Assembly (NCBI GenBank): GCA_001938485.1
Contig: MQRK01212946.1
Span: 14,853-78,852 of the forward strand
Reading direction: 5' to 3'
DNA length: 64,000 nucleotides
Origin: Girardia tigrina
Lineage: Eukaryota
The translations under genes were made by a program, and so were the position numbers. Numbering within the stretch: the first letter of the stretch is position 1; each line of letters opens with the position of its first letter. The notes beneath the pieces were generated by a model, which ran no database searches, was not told where the DNA came from, and worked only from the letters and a program-made list of their open reading frames with translations. This document shows, one piece after another, positions 38,880 through 52,350 of this stretch.

Positions 38880-41800
38880 AAGAAAAGGGAACAAGAAATG
38901 ATATCAACAATTACCGAGGGATATTCTTGCTTGAAGTTGGAGGAAAGATAATCTCTCGGTTTATAGTAAATAGACTTATCCCGAAATTGAAAGAGAAATT
39001 GATGAACGACAATTTAGTTTCTAGAGCCCAGGGGAACGCAACACGCAAAATGTGTTATTCGGAAGATTCTGGAAGAAGCAATATACAGAAACCAAGATGT
39101 ATATGTAATTTTCATAGTGGACCAAGAAAGGTGCTTTGGACATGCGTAAAGAAATTTGGAATAAATGGCAGAATAATCAACATGATTACCCAATTTCAAG
39201 ATTCAAGGGTTAAATTGGTGAACAAGAGTTCACAATGTTCAAAGGTGTAAAACAGGGTTGTGCCTTGGGACCAATATTGTGTTTGCCAGAGCACTGAAAC
39301 TAGCAGAAAAAAATGGGATGACATAAGGGGTACAACTACGAAATGAGGACGGAACCGAACTGAAGACCAATCATTTAGCGTATACTTTTTGTCTCATTGA
39401 CAAGGACTATAATGAGTTAACAAGAAATCTGCGTAATCTAAATGGGGTGCTCCAGTAACTAGGTCTACAGATTAAAATAAAAAGACCAGGATTATGAATC
39501 TAAATGGTGATGCAAAAATACAAACGCTAGATTGCAATATAATGTCAGGATGACCGAGTTCAGTTACATTGGATTAATAATATCTTCATACCAAACTTCT
39601 GAGGCAGATATCAGAGAGAATATAAGGAAAGAGTATGGCAAACTACGAACTATGAAGCCTATCCTGAAGTGTCCAAAACTAACGATCCGAAGTAAGCGAA
39701 AATTGATTGAGAGTTGTATATTACCTGTAGTATACTATGGGTGTAAAAATTGAAGGACTACCGATACACTGATAAAGAAATTAGAGAGCCTACACAATTA
39801 TGGTACTCGCCTGGTGTTGGGGATAAAAAATATCAGAAGATCAGAATGGATATTGTAAAGGGAAGAATTACACATATTTCTGTTCTGCCAATGAGGTTGT
39901 GTTGTCTGTAAGTCTAATACTGACTGTGCTACGTGATTCATGATTTTAGAGAAGTTTGTATATGTATATGCATGTCCTGTGTTGCTCATTGTTGACTTCT
40001 CAATGTCTTGTGTGAATTTTATTTTTTGATGAATGAGTTTTTTTTATTGTCGAAAATCGGAAATACATTTGCCGACGTTTGACGTGGTCGTTAGCAATTT
40101 TTAAATGAACGAATGTGTGCAATTGGTGATTGACGATGGAATGACATAACAGCCGTCCTACTCGCACTCAAACACAATTAATATCAAGCGAAAAAAGCAT
40201 TCCGTATTTGAAACCGTTTTGTCTACCAAGAAATATTTAATTATTTTGGTTTTTATTGTGATAAAGGTATCAGAACAACTGTTGTTCATAATTGCGTAAC
40301 CAGCCCCTTATCTTAAACTAATGAACATTGACGTTATCAAATTAGTTCAAGAAAGTTTCAATGTCACAGAAATAAATAAAATTGTCCGAAATTAAGGAAA
40401 AAGAAAGAAAAGAAAAAAAACAGTCCAATCGTCTCGATGAATCGTCAATCATAATATATATATATATTTACATTTATCAAAGACTAATTAGCTAAAATTA
40501 GAGAGGAAATGTTCTGATAATTGTCTAAAATGTTATAATATTTAAACTGTAATGATAGCCAAAATGTGAATTTGTAGAAAGTAAGCCAAAGGAAAATATG
40601 TCAATCAAACGTTACTTTAGAGTTTTTCTAAAGATTCAATCAGCTTTAAACAAAAAAAAGAAAAATTAAAAAAAACGTCTCCTGTCGATTTATAAATATA
40701 TTTCCTGACAAAATTAATATTAGTCAGTTGAATTATAATTAAGGCGAATTATAATTAATTCCCTATGGAAATTATAATTCAAAAATGAATATTTAATCAC
40801 AAATAAAATATTTACTAAGCGAATTCAGACTGAAATATTCTGTTACGCTATAAAATGCCAATTCCAAATTAGACATATTACTCGACGATTTTTCCGATTT
40901 CATATTCGCTGCTGTATTACGACATTCGACCTGAGATTCCTACCTCATTAGTACTAAAAAAATAACTTTTCATCGATATCTGAGCAAATTAAACGTCCAA
41001 CACTTACCGGTTATAATTATTACTTTGTACATACTTTTGTTGTGTTTATCATTTATCAACAATACATTTATTTTGAAAATTTATTTAATTTTTTTTATTT
41101 TTATTTGGGAATTGCTAAGTTAAGCTAATCAACGTGTTAGGTTAGCTTAGTAATTTCCTTAACATATAGAATAATTCACACATCGCTCAGTCATTCAGAT
41201 AAGTGAATCATTCTATATAGATATAATCCCAATTTGGTTACCTCACCAAATGGACATTCTAGTTAAGAGACGGCTCCCGTTCCACGCTCTCATAGCTACA
41301 AGCAATGAATCGACGATCCTGAAGAGTCATTAAACCCTCCATGACAGATGGTAAGAAAATCTCAGTAAGAAAGAAGTGACAAATCAGAGAATGCTTGAGA
41401 GTTGATGCGGAATGGCTTTTGTGAGAAACCACCTCCTTTGATGATTTTTTAAAAGTAATTCAGCAGGAAGGCGGTCGACCCAAGATGAAAGATAGAATCG
41501 ACTCAATTATATGTGAGAGGCACATACTTGGGCGGAGATCAAAACTCATACCAAAATTCATCAGACTGCGGATGAAACTGTTTCAGTGTTCATAAGAATC
41601 TTGTTTATGGTAATTTGCGGAGCAGACAGAATTGAATCGACACGAGAAACAAGATCATACACCAAGATTCCCTCAAGAAGAATATCCGGAAGGATACAAT
41701 TGCCATCTATGCCGAAAGATTTACAAGACTAAAGGATGTCTCATTAGACATCTCAGAACAGTGCTCAAAATGGAAGAAGAACAATTAGTTCAAATATTTT

Positions 41801-42235
41801 TGAGCACAACCAATCAGTCCATGCAATGAGGAGAAAAAAAGCAACCACTGAACAAGATACCAGAAGAAAATGTAACTCAAATACCCATCATCAGTCCGAA
41901 TGCTACTGCAACAAGAGATTTAGAAGCGAGTCCCTTAGAAGCCCATCCGGACTACCGCCTTACAGATCTATCTACGAGAAGGACCTTCAGATCCCCGTTT
42001 AACGGATTTGTGAAGCTCACGTACACAGCCAAAGGGATGCAGAATCATGGGTCCTCTATCCATGACTGGTCGTTTCTCATTGGGTTGCCAATGCGTGAAC
42101 GGAAGCAAAAGGTTGACCTTCCCGTAGGAGATCTATCAAGGGGCTTATAAATTTATTTGTTTTGGGTGGACCATCTAAAGAGCCTATAGGCTCAATACCT
42201 TTCTTGAAAGAGATGGGATGCCCATTTATTATTTA
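38880..42235 (+). mobile_element. RTE-like LINE (RT plus C-terminal C2H2 fingers) with an internal insertion at about 39870-41190
   Basis: NYRGIFLLEVGGKI, GV.QGCALGP, CILPVVYYGC; then ELNRHEKQDH and YNCHLCRKIYKTKGCLIRH; 3' UTR matching 27113-27170. Confidence 0.78.
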
Positions 42236-42932
42236 ATATCTTTGATCACACTTCACGGAATTAACGCAAGAAATTTAAATGAAATATTTCTTTAATGCAT
42301 GATGGAATGTATATATAATGAAAATAATATAATTAGTCCATTTAAAATAAATTTATTTTGTTAAATAATTTCAACGGTTGTACCGTAACCTTGAGAACAA
42401 TGGATTTTTAAAAAGAGAGTTACTAATATATTGTGCAGTTGTGCAAAAGTCTCTAGAAGAGAAACTCTATCTTGATTGTATCTTTATGATTTTTAAAAAA
42501 TAAACATAATATTTTTCCATTTTAAAACTATTTGGATTCTTTGATTTCAAATGAAATGTTTACTATGAAGTCAGGAAAAGAACAGGAATTACCTTTTTTT
42601 GATATACTAAGTGAGAAATTAACAGCTGCTATAAGTTTTAGATTTACGGAAAAAAATGGACAAAGGTTTTTGCACAACTCCGAACAGTTTCTGGGAATCG
42701 AAATATAATTAAAGGTCTAATTTTCGACTAATTTTGAGGATGTATTAAATACGTAATTACTAACGGCATTATATAAGTAACTTTCTATTTAAAATGATTT
42801 TTTCCATTCATCATTGTTAAAGCGTCACAATTAATACATAAAAAACAATAAATTGTAGTGTCAATGGGCTTAATGATTTTATTTTTAATGACATGCTAAT
42901 CTTTTCAAATGTCTTTATCATTACTTTGTTAG

Positions 42933-43101
42933 ATATCTCGGGAGTAAAAATCAATCAACCTTTTTCTCAACGACCCAAAGACAACAGATCGCATACGAGA
43001 TTCTGGCTACCCAAGTCTATGGTAAACGAAGAAAGGCTGAAATAGGAATCGACAGATTGTTGGAAGAAGGAATATATTCAGCGGCATATCCTCTTCACGA
43101 T
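42933..43101 (+). CDS. ANO7: Anoctamin ANO7-like exon
   Basis: ttag|A...GAT|gtatgt; YLGSKNQSTFFSTTQRQQIAYEILATQVYGKRRKAEIGIDRLLEEGIYSAAYPLHD. Confidence 0.96.
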
Positions 43102-44839
43102 GTATGTCATTTCTGCAAATGTAATATCAAGTAAATTAATAAATTACTTTTTATTTATATCGTCTTTAGGAAATATGAAATGGTGGAGATGAAACACAAA
43201 TGTTTTCTTACTTTAAGAATTGGTTGTTGTATTTTCCTACGTCCTTACAATATATGAATATTTATAATAACATTCTATATATATATATTGATTATTGAGT
43301 ATGTTTTGGAATTTTGTATTCCATCATTAGTAATTATAATTAATATTTGTAAGTTTTCTAAAAAGTTAGTTTTAAGGAAATTATTTTTTTTATTTTAATT
43401 ATTTAATATATTATTGGATTTGTTTTGGACCAAGCCTTTTTTGCTTGGGTTTTTGCATATTTTTAAGTGTATCAGTAGGCAAGTTACCTGGTTGGTTTAT
43501 CCCCTCCCCAGGTATGGATGGCAGTTGTCTCCAAGGAGCTTATCCACCGTTCATCACGTTTTGTTTTTCATCCTGTTGGGTGTCCACACACCCTATTTAC
43601 CCAGGTTGCTCTCCATTCAGGGAGCCGGTTTAATCGCCAAACATCCGACCATGGGACATATAATACATATTTACATGGTACCTGTTGCAAACATGCTTGT
43701 CTGACCTGACCTGAATAACCCCACGTATTCCCAATCGGTCACCCAAATAAGTACTAACACTGTCGTTGGTTGCTTAAATTCAGAGATCGGAAGAGATCCG
43801 GTACAGCCAAACGCGGTCACTGACTATCGGATAATAATGGCAAAATGTTTTAAAATTTATTTTAAGATTTGAAACGGCTTTACTTTGTGTATCAATAATG
43901 ATTCACATAACTATTACTCATAGTTTTTGCTGAAGAATTCTAGATTAAAAAGAAAGAGAATTCGTTCAAGTACGTTCAATGCAGAAAAAAGATAGAAAAA
44001 TTTTGATCTGCCAATTGTGATTAATTAAAATCATGACTGTAAAAATTGACGATAAAAAACTTAATTTTTTTGTAAATTTGTAAAAAGTTAATGTATTAAA
44101 AAAGACATTTATTTTATTTTAGAAAATATTTTTTATAAAATATGATGACTGAATGTCAAAAAAGGAGTTTGTTTTAGCGAAAAAGTGTGTTAGTTTGCGT
44201 TTTTTGTGGCTATTACGACTTGAAACGGTTTCATTTTGGGTTTATGGCGATGTAATATCAATTATGGATAAAGAAATATATGTTTTATGATAAACTTTAT
44301 TTTAATTTATTGGAGACGATAAAATCCACATTTTAAATAAAATTGTTTGGCCATGTCAAGATGGCCGATGTGTGTTTTCATACGAAAAATTAAAATTTGG
44401 AGATTATCTATTTTGGAGCATTTGCGGGGCGAAAATGTGATAAAAGACTACAAACTTCATGATGATTCGGAGATTGATGATGAGATTCTACGTTGTATCG
44501 AGAATTCGTTGCCGAGAGAGACCGACGGACGATTTGTGAGCCGAAGTCAATCGAGTGTGAGATCATTAGAGCTATCGAATATGATAAATTGTTCCTCTTG
44601 AAACCGCAACCCCCCATGACTATAGAGTGCCACGATCGCGCTGCGCTTGCCTTTCTATCACATAGTATAAATCAATGCCATACTCTAAAACAAAAAACTC
44701 ATCCTTTAAAACCGAAGAAATTCTATTTTTACAAATTTGAAGGTCCGAGTGATAATTCCGAGTTTTTAGATCACTTCGTCTTCTCCAACGATTATTCTCT
44801 ACCTCCAACGCCAAAGTATTATTTTGGTCTTTTTTAAAT

Positions 44840-45990
44840 TCATCACGGCAATAGATGAGATCAAGAAAATTCATGATATCTGTCACTTTGGAATCGACAG
44901 AACAAGTGAAATATTGAGGGAAAAATATGGGTCTAATGAAAGCCGGATCAAGTTAAGGAAGTTATCAAACAGTGTGTTGAGTGTTCAAAGATCTGTCCAG
45001 CCGCACGAATTGAGTATCGACATCGGCAGTTGTCAACTGACAAGGTAGAGTACCAACTTTATAGCGATGTGACTTATTTCAACGGTGTCGCGTATCTGAC
45101 CATGGTGGATTCAGCAACAAGATTTTGTATTTGGAGAAAGTTGCGCAGTGAATCCGCCGAGGAAATAGGTTGAGATATAGATAGCGTAAGCTCTGAATTT
45201 GGACCGCCGAAACGTTTCTTTTACGACAATGCGGCTGTCTACCGAAGTGCCCCAGTGAGACACTTGCTAGATAAATGGAGAATCGAGCAAGGGTTCTCCA
45301 TGAGAATGGGATGTGCGAGAGAAATTTAGACAATGGAGGCGAGATCTGCAAAGCCGATCAGCGAATGTGTGTTTTGGTAAAACAGTACGACGGGTCACAG
45401 GGATGCGGGGCCCTATGAATTGATATTCCATGCCAAGTCTCGACTGCCAATGATTGGAGATGAGCGTCAGGTTGAATGCAAATTCATCTCGGAATGCATC
45501 TCGAATGATGAGTATGACGCTACGGAGAAAAAAACCGTTCACCATTGGTGAGAATGTTTATTTGAGAGTCGGCGGGAAATGCGATGAACCATTGGCGGGG
45601 CCNCCGCATGTAATTACATTGTTGAAGTCTGCAGTTAGGGTGGAGCTGGACGACGATGGAATTACGAGACATATAACCCACATCAGGAGAGCAGTGGACA
45701 ATCGACAACTGATGTTAATGGATTCCGATGATCGCATTTCAGACAGTGAAGACAAAATGCGTGGACCGAAAACGCAAGAGGTAGCTACAAATTCCGCTGA
45801 ACGACCGGTGCGGGTACGGAAACCCCCTCAGTATTTGGATGATTATGTGATTTGATCTGGAGATCATGGGGGAGTGTAATTAATTGGATCATCTAATTTG
45901 TTTAAATAATATAGCTTTTTGTAAATCGAAAAAATCTTCTTATTTTACAGTAAATACTAATATAATTTAATTTTTAGGTCACTACAGTCG
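44840..45990 (+). mobile_element. Gypsy integrase, PPT and short 3' LTR
   Basis: HHCC (IHDICHFG...CVEC), SDVTY...TMVDSATRF, YDNAA, NGMCER, C-terminal RPVRVRKPPQYLDDYV; GGGGGAG followed by TGTAAT at 45875. Confidence 0.82.
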
Positions 45991-45996
45991 TTTATA

Positions 45997-47348
45997 TTAG
46001 GTTGGTCGAAAAATAATGGCGGTTTTTGAGGTTTATACTTTGTTTATCTACTTTGATATGTATATAAGTTTAAATGCATTAGTATTAGATATTATTTGAA
46101 ATCATATGCCTAGCTGTATATTACTATAGTCATTATTAACATATTGCTGTTATTTTTTAGAATATTTACAGTGCTAAATTAATAATGGAAAAAATTAAAA
46201 TTCGAGCAATTTTCTTGTACGAATTTAAACTGAGTCGTAAATCAGCAGTAACGGCTCGCAATATCAATAAAGCGTTTGGCAAGGGAACAGCTTCTGAGTG
46301 CACAGTGCAACGATGGTTCCGAAAATTTTCTGATGGAGATGAAAACCTTGAAGAGTTGCTGTGAACAACGACAATTTGAGGACAATGGTGGAAACAGATC
46401 CCCGTACAACAATCAGAGAACTAGCAGATGGGTTGGGCATTAGTCATTCAACAGTCCTGGATCATTTAAAACAACTTGGAAAAATCAAGAAACTTGATAA
46501 ATGGATTCCACATGATTTGAATGAAAATCAAAAGAAACGACGCTATGAAATTTGTTCTGCCAATCATATTCGCAATAAAAACGATCCATTTCTTGATCAT
46601 ATTGTTACCTGTGATGAGAAATGGATCCTGTATGATAACCGACGTCGATCTGCACAGTGGTTGGACAAAGATGAAGTACCGAAACACTTTCCAAAACCGA
46701 AACTAATACCTCGTAAGGTTATGGTGACAGTTTGGTGGTGTGATGCTGGAATCATCCACTATAGTTTCTTGAATCCAGGTGAAACAATCACATCGGAGAG
46801 GTACTGTCATGAAATTGATGAAATGCATAANNNNNNNNNNNNNNNNNNNNNNNNNNNNNNNNNNNNNNNNNNNNNNNNNNATCGGAGAGGTACTGTCATG
46901 AAATTGATGAAATGCATAAAAAATTGAAAACCCTTTGTCCGGGATTGGTCAATCGAAAAAGTCCCATCCTTCTTCATGATAACGCTAGACCTCATATTTT
47001 GAAAGTGACTCTTCAAAAGCTTAATGAGTTGGGCTATGAAACCCTGCTTCATCCACCATATTCACCAGACCTCTCGCCAACGGACTTCTACTTTTCCAGG
47101 CATTTGTACAACTTCCTACGTGAAAAAAATTTCAAAAACCAAAATGATTCTCAAAATGCTTTCCAAGAATTCGTCGCTTCGAGAACCGATGCATTTTATG
47201 CTGATGGAATAAAACAACTTGTTTCTCGTTGGCAAAAATGTATTGATGCCAACGGTTCATACTTTGATTAATAAACTTTTGTTTCTGTGTATTTGCACGT
47301 CTTTGAAGTTTGTGTCCCAAAACCGCCATTACTTTTCGACCAACCTAA
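45997..47348 (+). mobile_element. Mariner (cecropia subfamily), same family as 24345-25705
   Basis: TA-flanked TIRs; transposase from 46185 with WIPHDL, TCDEKW, HDNARPH, YSPDLSPTD; small deletion in the HTH linker. Confidence 0.96.
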
Positions 47349-49076
47349 TATTTAGCTTTAGTAACTCTAAAAAGTATTCCAGGCTGTTATACAGTCGGAT
47401 TCTTCTCATTTATATATGTAAGTCTTCACTTTAAATTAATTAATTCAATAACTTTGTTTTGTGAGTTAAAAAAAAAATTTTTTTTGTTGAAGGTCGACGA
47501 AAAATTATTTGAAAAAAAATAAAATAAAATTTTTTTCGACATTTAATCGATTGATCGCCAATAGTAAATTATGTTAATAATAATTAATTCCAAATATTCA
47601 AATTTATTTACCTGCATCAATTGAATCAATTTGTTGTCGACGCCAATTTGAGGCAATCAATTAGATAGTGTGAAATCGCATCAAAACAGAATTAATTGAA
47701 TTAAAATTCAGTGAAATCGTTAATTGATATTTTGTGAAATTATTTTCCCGATAACAGAAATCCGTTTTTGTTTAAAAATCGAACAAGATAATTTATATTA
47801 TATGCATCTCATTTCATAATTACGATCGACTTATAGTGAAAATGATGTAATTGTTCCAATAAACCGAATCGATAAAAATTTCGTGTTGAAAAATTTCCCC
47901 AAATTTTAATTGATAGAAAATTGATTAATCGATATAAAAATACAGAAAATATTTCTCAGTGAAATCGAATTCGACCTCTAACTCAAATTTAAAGTCCAAT
48001 CGATATCGAGTCGAGATCGATCGAATTTTATTTCTATTTTTTCTTGTTCAAATATGAATTTGTGTCGAGGGAAAAGATTTTTTGAAAAATTTTTTTTCTG
48101 ATTAGTTTTTAAAAATTCAAATAATATGAGTATAATTATTTCATTTAATGATTTCATTTCCTCACTATTATATATAAATCTTGATCGATCTATAGACTCG
48201 ACCTGAGCGGTTCCGGTTGTAGTAGTAACCGATATAAAAATCGGTCGCCGGGTCGACCGTTCCGCTTGTGGGGCGTCCGCAGCACTCTCGATCAGTGCGG
48301 ACCAGATTTCAGCAGTGACCATTTTCTTCGGCTCTATTGAGAACGATGACGATCGCTCAGTCGCTTCGAACAAATAAGGATTCAATAGATACTGTTCATT
48401 GCACAATATCGATTCTTTATCGATCGTCTTCGACAACTGCACACAGATTTTCGCAGGTGACAAGTGCGATTTCTTCGCACAATTGGAATTCACGATTGCT
48501 TTATTCAAGCAAGGGACAGCAGACGAAGAAATAGAAGAATTGTATGAATACGCGCATGCGTTTGTCAATCGGATTTATTCTCGCAAATTCGTCGAATTCG
48601 AGCGCAATTTGTTCGATTTCGATACGGTTTCTTCGATGGACAATTTTTGTTTTCGACTATCTATTATTTGACACGCTTGTCACTTGTTTTTTTTGAAGAA
48701 GAGGAGTGGAAACGGTAAAAGAAGAGTTTTTCGGATTTTTGTTTTTGAAAAAGATCGATGGCATTCCGATGGAGCTGGTTGATTTGCTGAGATTATTGAA
48801 TGATTTTCGCGGATTGGAATTGTTGTTTGTGATTACCATTTTGGAAATTTAATTGATTTAATGGGAGACAAAAAACAAAAAAAATTGATTTTTAAAAAAT
48901 AAGCCAATTCGGCATTTTAAAATTATATTTAATTAGTGAAATAAAACAATACCGTTTTAGCGTATTGCTTTTATTTACATTCTTAAATTATTTTTACAAA
49001 AATAGTTTTTTCAACACACTAAAATAAGTATTTTTTTACATAGAAAAAATAGATTTTTATGTTTTTTGTTACTAAA

Positions 49077-52000
49077 ATGTTGTGGTACACAACACTTACG
49101 AAAAACGATTTTGAATTCTGATAAACCGGATTGGTTAATTATCGGCAATGAATCGTCCGATTTGGACAGTATTATTTCCAGTTTAGTTTATGGATTTTAC
49201 AAGTATTTGCAATGTCACGATTCGTATAATTCCGTATAATTAGCTCTAATTCCAAGCAAAACGTGATGTTAAGACGCGATGTCCTCGAATGGTTGCAACG
49301 AAAGTTTGATATCGATGTCGTCAATGATTATGTTTATTTAGATGGAATAGAGATGTGTTTCGATGATTGTCGATTTTGTGAAAATGTGATGAAATGTGTG
49401 AAAACTCTCGACCTCCATCGAACACGGAACGAGTGGATCGCGTGTCACGTACCAGAGATCATTGATCATCGCGAGATCACAAGCAGATTTCCTCCGGGTC
49501 AGCTGGAGACAGCAAGCATTCAGACAGTTAGTTCCTGTTCTACACTCGTTGCGCAGTGTGTATTGTCTGATATTAGGGTGAACCAAAAGTCTTTTAGTAT
49601 TTTTTATTAACAATTTAAACATAATTTTACAACAAATAAAAACATTTAAGTTTCAAAGTAAAGGCCATTTGAATCTATAGGTTGAACCCATCTATGGGCA
49701 AGTTGTGCGATCCCGCTGCGGTACCAATCCTTGTTCTTAGAAGCGAAGAACTGGTGACACCCGTTTTAGACCTCGGCCAGATTATTGAAGCTACGACCAT
49801 GAAGAAAGTGTGCCATAGAGCGCAAAAGGTGATAGTCGGATGGCGCAAGATCCGGACTATACGCTGGGTGTGGAAGAAGTTCAAAGGCGTCGATTTTTTG
49901 ATTTTTTCCTTTGTTTGTTTGGCGGTGTGTGGTTTTGCATTGTCCTATTGTAGAAGAACTCGCTTTCGATTGATCAAAGCGGGGTATTTCTCGCCAAGTG
50001 CCGCATACATTCGATCAAGTTAGGCGCAGTAAAGGTCAGTATCGATGTTACGACCATTTGAAACCAGCTCGAAGTGAATCACGCCTTCGAAATTCCACCA
50101 AACACACAAAGGTGCCTTTCTTGAAAAACGATCTCGTTTCGCTACCGGTTCCGCCATTTATCCTGGGTACAACCATTGATTTTGTTGGTCTGGATTACTG
50201 AAGTACACCCACTTTTCATCGCAAGTTACAATTCGACGGATGAAACGGTCATCGCGCGGATTTTCAAGCATTTTTTGACAAGTTTCGAAACGCTTTTCGG
50301 CTTGAATTTGTGTCAATTCATGAGGCACTTCTCGACATCGTCTATTGACCTTGTCAAGAGCGTGAAGGTGTCGTCGTACAATGGATGCTTGAGGAATATC
50401 GAGTTCGGCCGACAATCTGCGAGTACATATTGACGGATTTGTCTCGACGGCGTCACGAATTGCTCCGGAATCTACGGTGATAGGTCAGCCTGAACGTGCA
50501 TTGTCGCTGAGGTCAATGTCGCCTTCGTTGAACCTTTTGAACCAATTTTGTACAGTACTGTTGGGGTTCCATAAACTAATAATTAACTTTTAATATTAAA
50601 ATATCATGGAAACAACTTTTAAAATATAAAAAAAATATTTATAAATAAAAGTTAAGATGACTGAGTTGCTTCTCTGTCGTCTATGGTTTGAGCATTATGT
50701 TCAGGGACGATGGACGATCGTCTAGCAACTTTATAATGACATAATATCAATAGTATAATTATTTAAAATTATTAGAATCTAAATATCAATAATATTGCTA
50801 TAATTAATATCTTTATAACTATTATTAATATTAATCATTTGTTTAATTATTATTATTATTAGTATAATTGCTAATTTAATTATTGTCAATAATTATTAAT
50901 TTTATCATTATCATAATTATTTTTACTATTTGAATTAATATTATTATTTTCCTTTTCGACGAGTTTCTCCTTCCTCCTCAGGGACCCATTCATTATGCAA
51001 GTACTCCTGATTTGGGCGGAGAAGTTTGCCAAAGGTTTATCTTTTAGTAAAAATTTATTATTATTATTTTATTGTATTATTATTGTTATTTTTGTAATTA
51101 TAAAATTAGTATTATTATTATTATTTTATTATTATTATAATTAATAAAAATCGTATTATTATTATTATGATTATTATTATTATTAAAAAATAACACTTAC
51201 CAGAAAGGAAAAATTTGAAAAATGAAAATTTTCCTCTTGGGCGATGTATGATGATCGGTTTAACCGACCGTTGTAATTGCATCGCCCAAAGGAATTTAAT
51301 TTGAAAAAATGATCCGCAATCGACAATTAAATCCTTCTGACAAATAAAATCCGCAGTTGGCGGATAACTGGATTTCTGAAAATCAGCACTTAAGAAAAAA
51401 TCAAAATAATTAATTAAAATTGTAATATATTTATTATATATATATATATATATATATATAAAGTAAAAATTGGGTATAAATACCCTTCAAAAAATTTTAG
51501 TCACACAAATAAACTTAAAAATAATCAAAGACTAGAAAACATAAATCTTCAAGGCAATTTTCAATAAATTTTTATTCGGCCTCAATTATTATCATCAAAG
51601 ATCCATGCACAATATATTGAAGAGTATATCTTGTGATTATCAAATATAAATTCCTATGATATTCGTTGTTCATCTCAATTGAAATAAATTTCACAGTATC
51701 AATTATTGAGCTGGGTTCGAGCTACGAACAAGCAACGCAGCCTTCGAATTAAATTGATTCAATTCACAACAATATATTTTCTTTGAACAAAATTATTCAA
51801 ACGACAATTCAATTATCTATACCCAGCAATAAATTTATAAAACTCCAACAGTACGATTTGAGACCACATTATCGCTTTCAACTTCGCATATCTTCTTTGT
51901 TGCTACAGTTGCATTTAAGCCCTGATTCCAGTAATTGCGTAAAAGAACACGAATTTCAAAATTTTATATGATTTTTCTAAAAGACAATAAAAATTATATT

Positions 52001-52350
52001 AACTACTAATTAGAAGTTTTAATATATATTGTGATAGAGCAGTTCAAGAGCATTAAAACATATAACACATGTATATAAAATATCTTTATTTGGTAATAAG
52101 AAACAATTGAACAAAAAGATGTAGAAAATACTAAGACTTTTGGTTCACCCTAATAGATCACTACCACAAATAGAGACTCTGCTGAGGCTTCTTTACGGAG
52201 CGAATCTCCTTGATACGGACTGTCTCGGTCTTAGCAATAATCGAACTACGAAAATGGACATCGGAGTGTCGAGTGAAATCGATCAATTGCTTTCCTTGAT
52301 CAGCGATTCGAAATTGATCAAAAAGAAGACAATTTTCATGTAACGAGTGC
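49077..52350 (+). pseudogene. PRUNE/PPX1-like exopolyphosphatase (DHH family) N-terminal fragment, split by a mariner
   Basis: IIGNESSDLDSIISSL (around 49144), EIIDHR, VSSCSTLVA; resumes in frame at 52156 with RSLPQIETLLRLLYGANLLDTDCL...TTKMD; frameshifts and stops; DHH motif reads DLH. Confidence 0.82.
49573..52153 (-). mobile_element. Mariner with a large internal insertion (about 50560-52000)
   Basis: TA TSD; TIR TTAGGGTGAACCAAAAGTC at both ends; transposase TVQNWFKRF, EVPHEL, TCDEKW on minus strand at 49680-50555. Confidence 0.92.

Noticed and set aside
46791-46920. Direct duplication of about 39 bp around a 50-N gap in the mariner
   Set aside because: Most likely an unmerged contig overlap rather than a real duplication.
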